Assembly (NCBI GenBank): GCA_951406725.2
Contig: OX597834.1
Coordinates: 34,162,001 to 34,226,000, forward strand
Source of the DNA: Octopus vulgaris
Taxonomy: Eukaryota
DNA length: 64,000 nt
Direction of reading: 5' to 3'
In this document: positions 1 through 12,700 of the stretch, one piece after another
How positions within the stretch are numbered: position 1 is the first letter of the stretch
Layout: every line of letters begins with the position of its first letter
Program-made: the position numbers and the translations under genes
The notes under the pieces: model-generated
Told to the model about the DNA's origin: nothing
Database searches by the model: none
Seen by the model: only the letters and a program-made list of their open reading frames with translations

Positions 1-85
1 AAATGCTAGCCTGGCCAATCGGTCGACATGAAGGGCTTTCATAACTTTGTTGTAAAGTCTCTTCTGCTGCATGGTCCACCCTGTT
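1..85 (-). CDS. KANSL3: KANSL3 internal coding exon (continues off the left edge)
   Basis: After acceptor ctgttacag, reads (K)TGWTMQQKRLYNKVMKALHVDRLARLAF, matching the conserved KANSL3 segment TGWT..QNKLFNKILKALQSDRLARLA as I recall it. Phase 2 agrees with the preceding exon. Confidence 0.92.
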
Positions 86-829
86 CTGTAACAGAAGGAA
101 GATATTTACCGAATAGAGAAGTCTGATTAATGGAAGTGGATGATGAACAGATCACATGTTCTATTCAAGATGAAGTTCTTTATCTAAACATTATGGTCAA
201 GACCATATTGGAGCAGCACTAGTTTACTGAGCACATACAGGTGGCGGTGGGGCTGAGTGATTTATAAGTTTGCTTCCCAACCACATGGTTTTTGAGTTCA
301 GTCCCACTATGTGGCACCTTGAGCAAATGTCTTCTATTATAGCCATGGGCCAACCAAAACAATTCTGAGTGGACCTTGTTGATGGAAACTAAAAGAAGGC
401 CTATTGTGTATGCATGTGAGTATGAGTATGTGTATGTTTGTCTTGGCATTATATGATAGTTGTAATGAAGCTTGCTGTGGTATAAGCAGTGTCATTTGTT
501 TCCAATATTTTGTGAAAAACTTGTCTGGCCATGAGGAAATATTACCATGCTTGGAAACAGGTGAGTGTTGGTCACAGAAAATCTGCTTCAATAATCTCCA
601 TCTCATCGTGCAAGCATGAAAAACAGGAGATAATGATGATGATGATAACATTAAAAACATTTTGCTGACTGTTTTCAGCAATAGAGACAACTCTCAGAAA
701 TTTTCCAGCTTTTTACCTGCTGGTTGCTCCTACTGTGGCTTCTGCTACACCGAATTGAAGGAGACAGTTGTAACAACACTTTGAACACATCCTACTAAGC
801 ACCAATGCTTGTTGGACTGACTTTGTTTG

Positions 830-970
830 CAGAATGCAGTCAAGACACGAAGACAATTTGGATTTTTGTGTTAAATTGGGCAAAAATACTGTAGAAACTT
901 ATGAAATGGTCCAGACTGCTTATAGATTAACTTGTATGAACAGAGAATCTGGTTTCTGCTGGTACAAGAG
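830..970 (+). mobile_element. Degenerate mariner transposase N-terminal fragment
   Basis: Translates LDFCVKLGKNTVETYEMVQTAY...CMNRESGFCWYKR, resembling the mariner HTH region (IKFCVKLGK.ATET.EML..AYG). Confidence 0.7.
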
Positions 971-1239
971 GCCAGGCAAGGCAAGTCTACCAGCACAGTT
1001 CCCATCCACCAAATCTCATCACAATGTATTGGTCAGACACCTGTCCAATGTGCCATGCAATGGGATCAAATCCAGAACCACCTGGTTGCATAGCTAACTT
1101 CTTAACTACACATGACAGAATGGTCATGGTTGGAAAGGTCTGTCCTATCAAGTTTAAACCAGAGTTAAGCAATGTCTGCATTTCCTAATAATAATCATGT
1201 TAGAAATACAAATAGGAAAAAAGAAAACTGGTAGCTTAC

Positions 1240-1398
1240 TTGCTGATGTGTTCTTCAGAATCTTCCCCACCTTTATCTGGGTAAGCAAGGTTGACATGTC
1301 TTTCACATTCATTCATCAAGTTTCGGGCCTTGGCCAGGTCACCAATGTGTGAAGATTTAACAGTTGTGGTTTCAACATCGAGTATTTGGTCTTCATCA
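1240..1398 (-). CDS. KANSL3: KANSL3 coding exon (159 nt)
   Basis: Acceptor ttatgcag, donor gtaagc. Encodes DEDQILDVETTTVKSSHIGDLAKARNLMNECERHVNLAYPDKGGEDSEEHIS, containing the KANSL3 motifs DVET and KAR..MNECERHV. Confidence 0.93.
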
Positions 1399-2020
1399 CT
1401 GCATAAAGAGAGAAAGAGATCTACAGGCTATGCGCAGAAGGGTTACAGTAGAGAGGTGCATAAACAAGACATTAAGGTAACCATCATCAGAGAAGTGTAG
1501 AAAACAAGAGGTGATCTAATAACATGCAGAGACCTAACAACATTTACATATAAAAACAATACACATAGATCTAACAACATGAGGAGGTATACAAACAACA
1601 TATGAAAACAATTTTAAATTTCTGAACCATTTTATTGTCCAGTTCTGAATTGCTTTAATTGGTTCAATCCTTGTCAGTATTATAAAACCTGTTGAGGCAA
1701 ATTTTTTACAACCAGATGATCCTCCAGTTGTCAACCTTCACCTGTTTTCAAGCAAAGAGATAATATCTTTCCTCGTCCTTCAAACAATGAACAGCTCAAA
1801 GGCTGGGAATGTTTACATGGAAGAGTGCAGATAAATGACATCATTTTTGTATGATCAGTAACTTTTTTTTTACAATAATAATAATAATTCTTTCCAGTTT
1901 AAGCATAGCCAGTAATATTGAGGAGAAAAGGGTTAGTTGATGCCATCAAACCGGTATGTGATTGGCACTTTATTTTATCATCTACCAAAGGATAAAGGGT
2001 GAAGTTGACCTTGGTAGGAC

Positions 2021-2248
2021 TTAACCCTTTCGTGATTAAACTGGCCATATCCAACCCAAATATTCTACTTGTTTTATATTCAAACTGGCCAGATCTGGCC
2101 TCTCACACCTACCCTACACTATCATCCTAAAAATAAACAATCACATTATTGAAATTTCCAAGCTGCAAGATAATGCATGGTTAATTCAAAACAACATGAA
2201 TAAAAAATCATTAGATTTGACAGAAAAATCTGAATGCCAAAGGGTTAA
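2021..2248 (+). mobile_element. piggyBac-type MITE, family B
   Basis: ttaa-CCCTTT ... AAAGGG-ttaa termini. Related copies at 3093-3528, ~12315-12530, 33331-33557, 43415-43631 (inverted), ~56044-56251, and SINE-interrupted copies near 12915-13362 and 20251-20840. Confidence 0.8.
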
Positions 2249-2264
2249 ACTTAGAATGTAATGA

Positions 2265-2525
2265 GTCTGTGCCGGTGGCACGTAAAATGCACCAATCCGA
2301 TCGTGGCCGTTGCCAGCCTCGCCTGGCACCTGTGCCGGTGGCACGTAAAAAGCACCCACTACACTCACGGAATGGTTGGCGTTAGGAAGGGCATCCAGCT
2401 GTAGAAACACTGCCAGATCAGACTGGAGCCTGACGCAGCCTTCTGGTTTCCCAGATCCCCGATCAACCCGTCCAACCCATGCTAGCATGAAAAACGGACG
2501 TTAAACGATGATGATGATGATGATT
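2265..2525 (+). mobile_element. 3' end of RTE-type LINE (or derived SINE) with (GAT)n tail
   Basis: Repeated tgtgccggtggcacgtaaaa units, ggttggcgttaggaagggcatccagctgtagaaac, then catgaaaaacggacgttaaacgatgatgat. Further copies near 12953-13230(-), 15245-15700(+), 36720-37030(-), 41985-42285(+). Confidence 0.75.
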
Positions 2526-2567
2526 AGCCATTAAATGAAAGTAAACAAAATGTCAAAAGAAACCTAC

Positions 2568-2822
2568 ACTGAATTTTGATCTATGTCTCCATTTCGAGGG
2601 AATTTGTGCATGAATAACATGCGCAATGGCTTGGCATTGCTTGCATCGGGATGTGCACTCCATGGCTTTGCGTAACAGTGGTCTAAAGAAACAATGTCTA
2701 AATCCTGCTCATGTCCAGCTAAGTGGTACTGGTAAGCTGTGGACAGTTTGTGACGGTGACTTTGGTATTCTTCGATAAAACGTTCGCTGTTGAGAGTAGA
2801 AGTGGTTAATCGATTCCTTGAT
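2568..2822 (-). CDS. KANSL3: KANSL3 coding exon (255 nt)
   Basis: Acceptor tctttcag, donor gtaggt. Encodes SRNRLTT...DLDIVSLDHCYAKPWSAHPDASNAKPLRMLF, the hallmark KANSL3 LDHxYAKPWSAHPDAS motif. Phase 2 at both ends. Confidence 0.93.
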
Positions 2823-3106
2823 CTGAAAGAGAAGAAAGGGAAAATAAGACGACAAGTTAGGTTTAATCAGAGATTAGAAAACAACAGGAGATTAAAGAAA
2901 ATAAAGAGACTGAAAACACACATGATGTTGCTTCAGGTATGATCAGAGACTTGAAGAGTCACTTTACACATCAAACCTTCTAATACCAACCTGCCCAACA
3001 CCACCCCTGCTTCTACAATATATGATTCCCATTTTAAAATTATCTAAATTAAAAACTACCACTAAAATTCCAATTATGGTCTAAAAACTAGCTTAACCTT
3101 TAGCAT

Positions 3107-3334
3107 TTAACCCTTTCAATACCAACCCGGCTGAAACCGGCTCTGGCTCTGAGTACAAATGTCTTGTTTTCATAAATTTTGAATTAAAATCTTCCACCAA
3201 ACCTTAGTCACAATTTATGTTCTTAACACTAACTGAATGATAACTAAGTTGTTTTACTAAATTCTTTGTTATATTTAAAGTAACTGAAAGAAACACAGAG
3301 CATCTCAAAATGAATACAGTAATGAAATGGTTAA
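3107..3334 (+). mobile_element. piggyBac-type MITE, family A, nested in a family B copy
   Basis: TTAA at both ends (3107-3110, 3331-3334). Near-identical to 17825-18055 and 25003-25231. Confidence 0.85.
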
Positions 3335-5156
3335 ACCAGTCATATCTGGCCAAATATGTTGCCTGTTTTGTGTTCAAACTGACCAGATCCAACTTCTCAC
3401 ATCAGTTTAAAAATAAACAATCCCAACATTGAAATCTCAAGGCGACGAGATAATGCAGAATAACTTCAAAACAGTGTGAATTAATAGGCAATACATTTGA
3501 CAAAGAAATCTGAGTGCTAAAGGGTTAAAAGGGGCAACTACTTTACTAAATTCTTCATTATTTTTAAAATGATTGGAAAATTATGTTGAAATGTTATAGC
3601 ATCGTTAGTAATTTCTCATTTATACATATAGATTCTTTGAATAAAAAAAAAACCCACTTGTATCTTGTCCTGAGATTGAAATTAAGATAGAAACTTTAAA
3701 TGAAACTGATGCATTGATACCTAAAAAGAAAATGGAATGAGGGAGGGAGAGGGCATAGTTTAGAAGTGTGACTCAACATGTTTAGCCTTTTACTGGTTTC
3801 AGTCATGAGACTGCGGCCATGCTGGAGCACCGCTTTGAAGAGATTTTAGGAGAACAAATCGACCTCGGTACCTTTTTTTTTTAAAGCCTGCTTCTTAGTT
3901 TATTGATCTGTCTAGTCCAACCACTAAATTACGGGGACGTAAACAAACCAACACAGATTGTCAAGAGGTGGTGGAGGACAAACACAAACGCACTCACATA
4001 TATTCTATTTATACGACCAGCTTTGGTTGGCTCGAGGCTGAACCCAGAACCATGTGGTTGGGAAGCAAAAATCTTACCACACAACCAGCCTGCACCTTGT
4101 AAACTATTTTCAAATATAAGTCGTAATTGTTGTGTCTAGGGAGAGTCATTATGCCAATATTAATAAAATTTGTTTCAACACACGAATTCACATAAAGAAT
4201 CTTGCAAACCAGATACAAAAACGAAGTTATTGTTGATGTTCTGTCTAAAGTCAACTATGACAGATCAGCAGACCTATGACCAGTGATGTTCCAGCCAACA
4301 CAAAATGGTTTGTTTCTTGTACATACGAAGACAGTCTCTAACGTATCTCATTCTGAAGACAATAGGAGAGGATTGATCGTTATTTCTAAAAGGGTGAATG
4401 AAGGTTCCCTCATGGCCCATTTGTTTTCGGATAGTGCTGATAACCTTAACCTCATATACTTTAACACGTATCTTGATGCTCGTTTAACATACACACATAT
4501 ATTTATAATTAACCCTATACATTCACACACACAATAAGACTGATAGACAGATATGTGTGTTTTACCCAATATAATAAAGTGATTAGCTGATACTAAACGT
4601 TTTAATTTCTCCCAATTATACTTAAAAACCACAAACCAGCAAAATATGTAACGTTATTATAGTTGCTTTTGATATGCGTAATAAATATTGAGTTAATAAT
4701 ATGGCTTTCATACTATCAATAGATGAATGGTTTCGTTTACAAACGGAGGACAAAAGTACTCAATACTAAAGCAGAGTGCATATAATATTAGAAACTGAAG
4801 ATTCTTAAAATATTTAAGTTTCTTTATTCGTTCGAAGTTGGGTGTTTTCACTCTGTCGCAGCTCATCCTTAAATATATATATATATATATATACATACAC
4901 ACATGAACCTACATAAGTGTACCCCTTAATATATCCACGCGCGTGTATGTATGTATGTATGTATATATATATATTGTATATTTTACTCGTTGTTAAAAAA
5001 GTCGTTTCCTTGTTTGATTTTATGTTTTCGTTTCTCGTTGTGTTCTACGTTTATTTGTGGTGTCCTGTACTCATATATATGTATATATATACATGTATAT
5101 ATACATATATATGTAGGTATGTACATATATGTATGTATGCATATGTTTTATTTATT

Positions 5157-5210
<54 letters not shown>

Positions 5211-5812
5211 CACACATTTATCAAAACACAAAGCCTAAAATTAGGTGGGTAAGATGAATTTCAAAATTTTGTTTACGTAGAAAAAGGAAAAAGAACGAAT
5301 GTATATATGATATGATAGGCAATTACGAAATTCCTGTTGACTGAGAATAAAACGGAAATATGACATCATTAGAACAATTTCACAACATATTAAAATACCA
5401 ATTCTAATTAGGAGTATTTTAAAAAGCATTAATAGCTCCAACAGAGTCGGACCCCAACAGGAGAATAATACATAAATACATCAAAGCTAATATTTTCACG
5501 TGTTTAGACACACAAATACACAGACATCGCCAAAGTAGATACCCTCATTTTTGAAAGATTTGTTTGTAGATTCAAAATAGTGTAATTTGGTTCCTTGAAA
5601 TACTTAATCTAGTGTTTGGTAGGCATACCTTGCGCTTAACACAATTAACTTTTCCAAGCACAAAGTTGTTATCCGCACAAATAAAACGGGATAATGTAGG
5701 GTGTTTATTTTACTTTTGGGACGTCTGTGTGTATATATGTGATTTATATATGTGGTATAGAATATCTGTAGTTGATATAATGTTCACGGTATGGAGGGAA
5801 AACAGAACATAC

Positions 5813-5829
5813 CTGCTTAATAAAGACAT
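5813..5829 (-). CDS. KANSL3: Probable first coding exon of KANSL3 (MSLLS+R)
   Basis: ATG TCT TTA TTA AGC AG|gtatgt: good donor, phase 2 joins in frame to exon 2822-2568, and it lies just downstream of promoter-like motifs. No homology support for these few residues. Confidence 0.6.
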
Positions 5830-5864
5830 AATGCCAAAAAAATAAAGGCTTCAACAAAGAGGTG

Positions 5865-5910
5865 ATGTCGCCATGTCTTCTTGCAGCAACTAAAAATACG
5901 GAAGCCCAAA
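5865..5910 (-). promoter_or_regulatory. Putative KANSL3 core promoter (YY1-like CGCCATGT, ETS-like CGGAAG)
   Basis: cgccatgtctt at 5869-5879 and cggaag near 5898, just upstream of the candidate first exon. Confidence 0.4.
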
Positions 5911-6397
5911 CGGATCACATTAAATGAAGCATCGTAATTATCAGATTTATCCAAATGATTGAGGAATAAAAATGACTGGAATGCAGTCAAAATTGAGTGA
6001 AAAGGTATTTGAAGTGGATTGGAATGGAATTTTTGTTTTTCTTTTAATGATTTAATACGTAAACAAAAGTGTTAGTAAACGCCCAAATAGCACTTTAACT
6101 AAATATGTTCCATGTAAGAATAGACGATCAAGGGAGATAATCCTTGCATTGTATATTAACAGCGCCCTCAGGTGAGACAATTGTCATCTTTTATATTTTA
6201 TCTTGCATCAATCATTGGATTGCGGCCTGGCAGGGATGCCACGGCTTTCTGGGGGTTTTGTCGAACGAATCAACCTAAATACTTATTATTTTTAATTCTG
6301 ATAATTCTTCTCTGGGGACATAAACAATCCAGCACCGTTTGTCGAGTAGTTGTCGGGGGCCAAACAAAGACACAGATGTATAGGCATTCTTATACAA

Positions 6398-6735
6398 TTG
6401 TACCCCTTTCTATTGTGTTTCCTCATAACTTTTGGAAAAGTGGATATTTTTTATTGAAATTTTCTACAAATACCTTTCAGATGGCGTAGATTACGATTAT
6501 ATCAGAATTTAATTCTTACATACTGTCACATATAACAATTTGTTTTCAAAATTTCAAGTTCTATTTTCTAGATATTATATGTGATGTGTCAGCATGTATG
6601 TGTACATGACCACCATTTGCTTTCTTAATGAAATTCAGATATAATCGTAATTTACACTATTTGAAAGGAAGAAAATTTCATTTAAAATATTCATTTTTCT
6701 GAAAGTTATAAGGAAACAAAGCTGAATGGGGTACA
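6398..6735. mobile_element. MITE with imperfect terminal inverted repeats
   Basis: gtacccctttctattgtgtttcctcataactttt pairs with aaagttataaggaaacaaagctgaatggggtac. Partial inverted copy at ~7670-7840. Confidence 0.55.
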
Positions 6736-8677
6736 CTTGTGTAGATACTCTTTATATATATATTTATATATATATTCCCAACCACATGGATCTGGGTTCA
6801 GTCCCACTGCGTGACATCTTGGGCATGTGTCTTCTACTATAGCCTTAGGCCAACGAAAGCCTTGTGAGTGGATTGATAGATGGAAATTGAAAGAGATCCA
6901 TCGTATGTGTGTGTATATATATATATGTATGTGTGTCTGTGTTTGGCCCCCTGCCATCACTTGACAACCAATGCTGGTGTGTTTATGACTCTCTCCCCAT
7001 AACTTAGCGGTTCGTCAAAAGAGACTGATAGAATGAGTCCAAGCTTACAAAAAATAAGTCCTGGGATCGATTTCTTCCACCAAAGGTGTTGCTACATCAT
7101 GGCCACAGTCAAACGAGTGAAACAAAAGAATAAAAGAATATATATATATATATATATACATACACATATATATGAGAGACAAATTAAAAATAATGGTCAT
7201 TACATATATTCTTTACTAGAGTGAATTTGGCTTACAGCTGTTTCCAGTGGCCATTATAGATAGGTTTGGTCTATTGATCAATTAAGGTAAATTGAATGAC
7301 CTAAGAAAATTAATGCTACTGTTGTCAGAAATAACAACCCAAGCTGTGCCCCCTTGAAGCACATCTGCTTTCAGTAGGAAGTTTCAGTAGCATCCTTGGA
7401 CGGTTCCTGTGACAAATCAGTTTTCTTTGGGGTTTTTTTTCAGTTCCTCCGTCTTTACATTCTGAGATCAAGTTCTGCTGAGGTTGACTTTGCCTTTCAT
7501 CCTTTCGGGATCAGTAAAAATAAGTACAAGATGGGCACTGGGGTTGATGTAATCAATTTATCCCCTCTTCTGAAACTCCTGGCCTTGTGCCAAAATTTTG
7601 ATGCTGTTATTATTGTTGTTATTATTATTATTATTATTATCATCATCATCATCATAATTGTAATCTTTATGTAAGGAAATAAAGTTGCGGTGCATGAAAT
7701 ATCCCCTTTCCATGTTTTGTTTTTCATATTAAATTGCAATATGATCATATAATCAGAATTGACATCATATGAAAAGTATTTGTAGAAAATTTCATTAGAA
7801 AATATCCATTTTTCAAAAAGTTATGAGGAAACAAAGTTATGCCTGTTTTTCTATTCTATGATGTTGCTGTAACTATGCCTGTTCTGTAGTTATGCCAGTT
7901 TTTAATTTTTTTTATTATAAAAAAAAACTGTCACTCTGTTGGTTACAATGGATTCCAGTTGATCCGATGAATGGTACAGCCAGCTTGTGAAACTAACGTG
8001 CATGTGGTTGAGCACTCCACAGAAACGTGTACCCTTAATGTAGTTCTCAGGGAGATTCAGCATGACACAGAATGTGACAAGATTGGTCCATTTGAAATAC
8101 AGGGACTACTCATTTTTGCCAGCTGAGTGGACTGGAGCAACATGAAAGAAAATGTCTTGCTCAAGGACACAACGCATCGCTGAGAATTGAACTCACAACC
8201 ATGCGATCGTGAGCCGAATACCCTAACCACTAAGCCATATCCCTTCACATTTTTTTGTTATAAGATGTTGCTAGCCCCCTCTCAATCCATTTCCATTTTG
8301 TGTGTGTGAGAGAGAGATGAATAGACTCCAGTATTTAAATGGTATCTATCAACCCAAAAGGATTAAATCTGAAATTGATTTTGGTAGGATTTGAACTCAA
8401 CATGTAGAGAGCTGGAACAAGTTCGCCAAACAGTTATGTCCGACACATTTCTGACTCTGCCATGTGCCTTGTTGTTAGCATGGTATCCTTGATGCTATTC
8501 TTGGCTTCCATATCTCCCGCATGGTTCAATGCATCTAACCATGTCAAAGAATGTTGTCCTTGAATGTTCATTTCAAATTAAGACAGAATGGTTGCGGCTG
8601 GAACACAATTTATTACAGATACAATCAGTCCTTTCTGTCACGCTAGTGTCTGTCTGTCTATCTATCTATCCTATATT

Positions 8678-9062
8678 GTGGAGGCGCAATGGCCCAGTGG
8701 TTGGGGCAGCGGACTCGTGGTCATAGGATCGCTGTTTCGATTCCCAGACCGGGCGTTGTGAGTGTTTATTGAGCGAAAACACCTAAAGCTCCACGAGGCG
8801 CCGGCAGGGGATGGTGGTGATTCCTGCTGTACTCTTTCACCACAACTTTCTCTCACTCTTACTTCCTGTTTCTGTTGTACCTGTATTTCAAAGGGCCGGC
8901 CTTGTCACTCTCTGTGTCACGCTGAATATCCCCGAGAACTACGTTAAGGGTACACGTGTCTGTGGAGTGCTCAGCCACTTACACGTTAATTTCACGAGCA
9001 GGCTGTTCCGTTGATTCGGATCAACCGGAACCCTCGTCGTCGTAACCGATGGAGTGCTTCCA
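8678..9062 (+). mobile_element. tRNA-derived SINE, family 2 (octopus OR-like)
   Basis: Pol III A box tggcccagtgg and B box gtttcgattcc in a tRNA-like head. Related copies at ~7930-8248(-), 10008-10295(-), 38880-39330(-), 57020-57280(+). Confidence 0.8.
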
Positions 9063-9066
9063 ATAT

Positions 9067-9132
<66 letters not shown>

Positions 9133-9678
9133 CATATATATATGATCATCATTGTTTAACGTTCATCTTCCATGCATGCAGGGGAAGGATGGATGACAGG
9201 AGCTAGCCAGGTAGATGACTACCCCAGGCTACTGTGCCTGTTTTGGCAGGGTTTTTACAACTGGATGTCCTTTCAAATGACAACTGTTTTACAGTGTGGA
9301 CTGGATGCTTTTTACATAGCACCAGCACTGGCAGGGTCACCAAGCAACTTGTATTTATATAATATATATATACTTTATTCAACAAAAGCTGTCTGATGAA
9401 TGGGAACATGAAACTCTGAATAACAGTTTTTGTGATGTCTTTGCAACTTTATTAACAAAGCATATTACTCTACATTCAGTATTTGAGAGCTCTTTTTCCC
9501 ACCTTTTCCCACCTTAGCCTGGAATATATTCCTGAGCGCCATACTAATACAATTGTTTGTTTGTACTCCACCTGCCTTCGTCTTTTGTTTATTTTCATAA
9601 AGCTTCCTGTTATATATAAATACATATATATATATATTACTCTGGCATGAATATGTGTGTGTGTTATGTATATATATA

Positions 9679-9717
<39 letters not shown>

Positions 9718-10007
9718 CACAAAGTAAGTTAGGGGTTATGGGTGCAACCCACTAAGGGTTTTATCTTATGCTTGCTTCAGTCATTGGACTGTAGCCATGT
9801 TGGGCCACCGCCTCAAACGGTTTAGATGAACAGATTGACCCCTGTACTTACTGTTTTTTTTTAAATCTGACGTTCTCTTATCAACCTCTTTTGCTGAACC
9901 ACTAAGTTACGCAAATGAAAACAAACCAACACTGGTTGTCAAGCAGTGAGTGGGGGTGAGAGATTTAGAAGCACAAACATAAAAACACATACAGACATAA
10001 AAACGAT

Positions 10008-10295
10008 AAACGTGACCCTTTTGAAGCCTGGCCAGGCTCATGGGCCCGGTTTCTGTGGTGTATGTGTTCCCTCAACTGGACGGGACGCCAGTCTATCGCA
10101 GCGATACTCAAGAAACAGGGAGAGAGAGTGAGAGAAAGAGTACAACAGGGGTCGCCACCACCCCCTGCTGGAGTCTCGTGGAACTTTTAGGTGTTTTCAC
10201 TCAATAAACACACACAACGTCCGGTCTGGGAATCGAAACTGCGATCCTCCGACCGCGAGTCCGCTGCCTTAACCACTGGGCCATTGCGCCTCCAC
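10008..10295 (-). mobile_element. tRNA-derived SINE with the family 2 head but a different 3' body
   Basis: Reverse complement of the 8678 head for about 170 bp, then diverges into gcgatagactggcgtcccgtccag. Confidence 0.75.
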
Positions 10296-11799
10296 ACAGA
10301 CAGACATGTACGAGTTAAATGCTGTGTAAGGAATTGTGATTTAAAATGGACAGTCAACTCCGTAATGTAAACAGGATACTGAGAATAACGGTGATGATGT
10401 ATTTGTAAGGCATATTATTCAGTGAAATGTAAGCAGAATTTACTTTAATTAAACAAGCGTAAGAAATGGAAAGAAAGAAGCTTTGGTGGGTAAGGAATAG
10501 ATAGAAAGCAGGGTCCAGAAGGTGGGGAAGGAGAAGTAGAGAGATCTACAGTTTTTATAATTAATACTAGTCTTTTTTTTTTTTGGTTCATGTCTCACTA
10601 CATTAGATTACTTTGCCCCACCACTGTGTCTGTCCCGTTCGTAGTCCTTGGTCGGGTGAGGGGTAATTTCAAAGTATGGTGGTTGCTGGAGCAAAGGAAT
10701 TCATTTGGCTCTGAATACTTCTGGGATTTAGGAGGGACAGGGAGGTGAGAGAGGGTAGGCAGACAGAGACACACACGCAAAGAAAGAGAGAGAGAGGCGG
10801 AGAGAGATGGAGAAAGAGATAGGAGAGACGGAGAGAAAGAGAAGGGGCAGGAGAGAGGGAGGTGAGAGAGAGGAGTGAGAGAGGAAGCTAGACAGAGAGA
10901 GTGAGAAAGAAAGAGAAGGGCGGGCCAGTCGATAGACTGACGGGATAGAACGGGTGGGGAAAACGTAGCGTGGGTAATAAAATAAGACATTTAACCTTGA
11001 GTGTTATGAATAGGCTTTCAGTTAGTAAGTTATGAAAAGCCGAATTTTGTAGTTACGACATTGTGACACTAGACAGTCGGAGAAATGGTTTACATCAGTG
11101 AGTATTTTGCTTTTAATTCTACAGTTTTTTTCCGATAGATTCTTGTATTTATTTACGATTGTTATTGGCGGGGGTAATGTTGTAAATTAGTCTCTGCATT
11201 TTGTTACTATATTTCCGTTGAAATTATATTTTTGGATTCAATTAAATTTTAAAATAATAAATTTAATAAAATAACAATCATTCTTAATTAAGTTGTTACA
11301 CAAATTAACAAGAAATTTTGATAGAAGGTTTTCTATTTAGTTCGTTTCAAAACTGAAAGTTTGTATCGTAGAATCAGAGGCAGTTTCAGACAAGTTAGTA
11401 AATAAATTTTATCAAAAATGTATCACAAGGGAGATAACTCCGCTTTTTGTCTTACAAGAGTTATTTCCCTCGATATTTGCAAGTTCTGTGGGGCTTCTTG
11501 TAGTCAGTGACAGATTATAAAATATCTAAGCTGTAAATGTTGAACATTGATTTATATTTCAGAGTAAAATTTGACTATTCAGGTAAATATTAAACAAAAG
11601 TTTTTTTTTTTATCTGGAATGTATGTTGAATCTTTTTTTAAGAGAATCCAAAAAGCGTCACCAATGTCATATCACTTGAAAATATTGACAGCTAAAAATT
11701 CCTCTGAATTCCTCCAATATTTGGTAATAAAACTTAACATTGACCTTAAAATTTCCAAACAATGCTAACGAATTTACTACACAGCAAAATCTGTGGTCA

Positions 11800-12190
11800 G
11801 GAGTGGCTGTGTGGTAAGTAGCTTGCTTACCAATCATATGGTTCCTGGTTCAGTCCCACTGCGTGGCATCTTGGGCAGGTGTCTTCTGCTATAGCTCCAG
11901 GCCGACCAATGCCTTGTGAGTGGATTTGGTAGACGGAAACTGAAAGAAGCCTGTTGTATATATGTATGTGTGTGTATATGTTTGTGTGTCTGTGTTTGTC
12001 CCCCTAGCATTGCTTGACAACTGATGCTGGTGTGTTTACGTACCCGTCACCTAGCAGTTCAGAAAAAGAGACCGATAGAATAAGTACTGGGCTTACAAAG
12101 AATAAGTCCCGGGGTCAATTTGCTCGACTAAAGGCGGTGCTCCAGCATGACCGCAGTCAAATGACTGAAACAAGTAAAAGAGTAAAAAAG
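11800..12190 (+). mobile_element. tRNA-derived SINE, family 1 (most abundant repeat), full length
   Basis: Head ggagtggctgtgtggtaag...ggttcagtccc (A/B boxes), internal (TA/TG)n tract, tail gactgaaacaagtaaaagagtaa. Many full or partial copies across the window. Confidence 0.85.
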
Positions 12191-12557
12191 AGTATATCAT
12201 CAAAATCCCAAAGCTACAAGATAATGCATGATTAATTCAAAGCAATGTGAATAAACAACTTCTGAATTCATTTAGCTGTAAGTAGGTACTACAGGGTAAT
12301 ACATTTCATTGCTTAACCCTAACCAATCGCATCTGACCCAAATATTCTACCTGTTTTATGTTCAAGCTGGTTAGATCTGGCCTCTCACACCTACTCTACA
12401 ATGTCATTCTAAAAATAAATAATCTCAACACCAAAATCTCAAAGCTACAAGATAATGCATAATTAGTTGAAAACAATGTGAATAGACAAGCATTATATTT
12501 GACAGAATGAGCTGAATGCTAAAGGGTTAAGGGAAGAGTCAAGGATATGAGTCAAGG

Positions 12558-12700
12558 ATTACCCTGATGTAATCTCCAGGGATACAGGCATCCAGCAACA
12601 GGACCTCCGTAATGCCATGATGGACCGTGAAGTCTGGCGTAGCATGGTAAATTCCATTGTCTCGACCACGGTCGAACAATGATGAATGATGATGATGTTT
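12558..12700 (+). mobile_element. 5'-truncated RTE-clade LINE 3' end
   Basis: Translates YPDVISRDTGIQQQDLRNAMMDREVWRSMVNSIVSTTVEQ*, carrying the RTE C-terminal DR..WR motif, followed by a (TGA)n tail. Confidence 0.75.

Noticed and set aside
4327-4420. Possible KANSL3 first exon MGHEGTFIHPF... with gtatgt donor
   Set aside because: The donor gives phase 1 but exon 2822 needs phase 2; 5829-5813 fits better.
11563-11582. 20-nt AG...GT flanked segment on the plus strand
   Set aside because: Not a multiple of 3, no host coding gene here, and likely chance in AT-rich sequence.
11800-11875. tRNA-like sequences with A and B boxes
   Set aside because: They are SINE heads continuous with SINE bodies; no standalone tRNA gene is supported.
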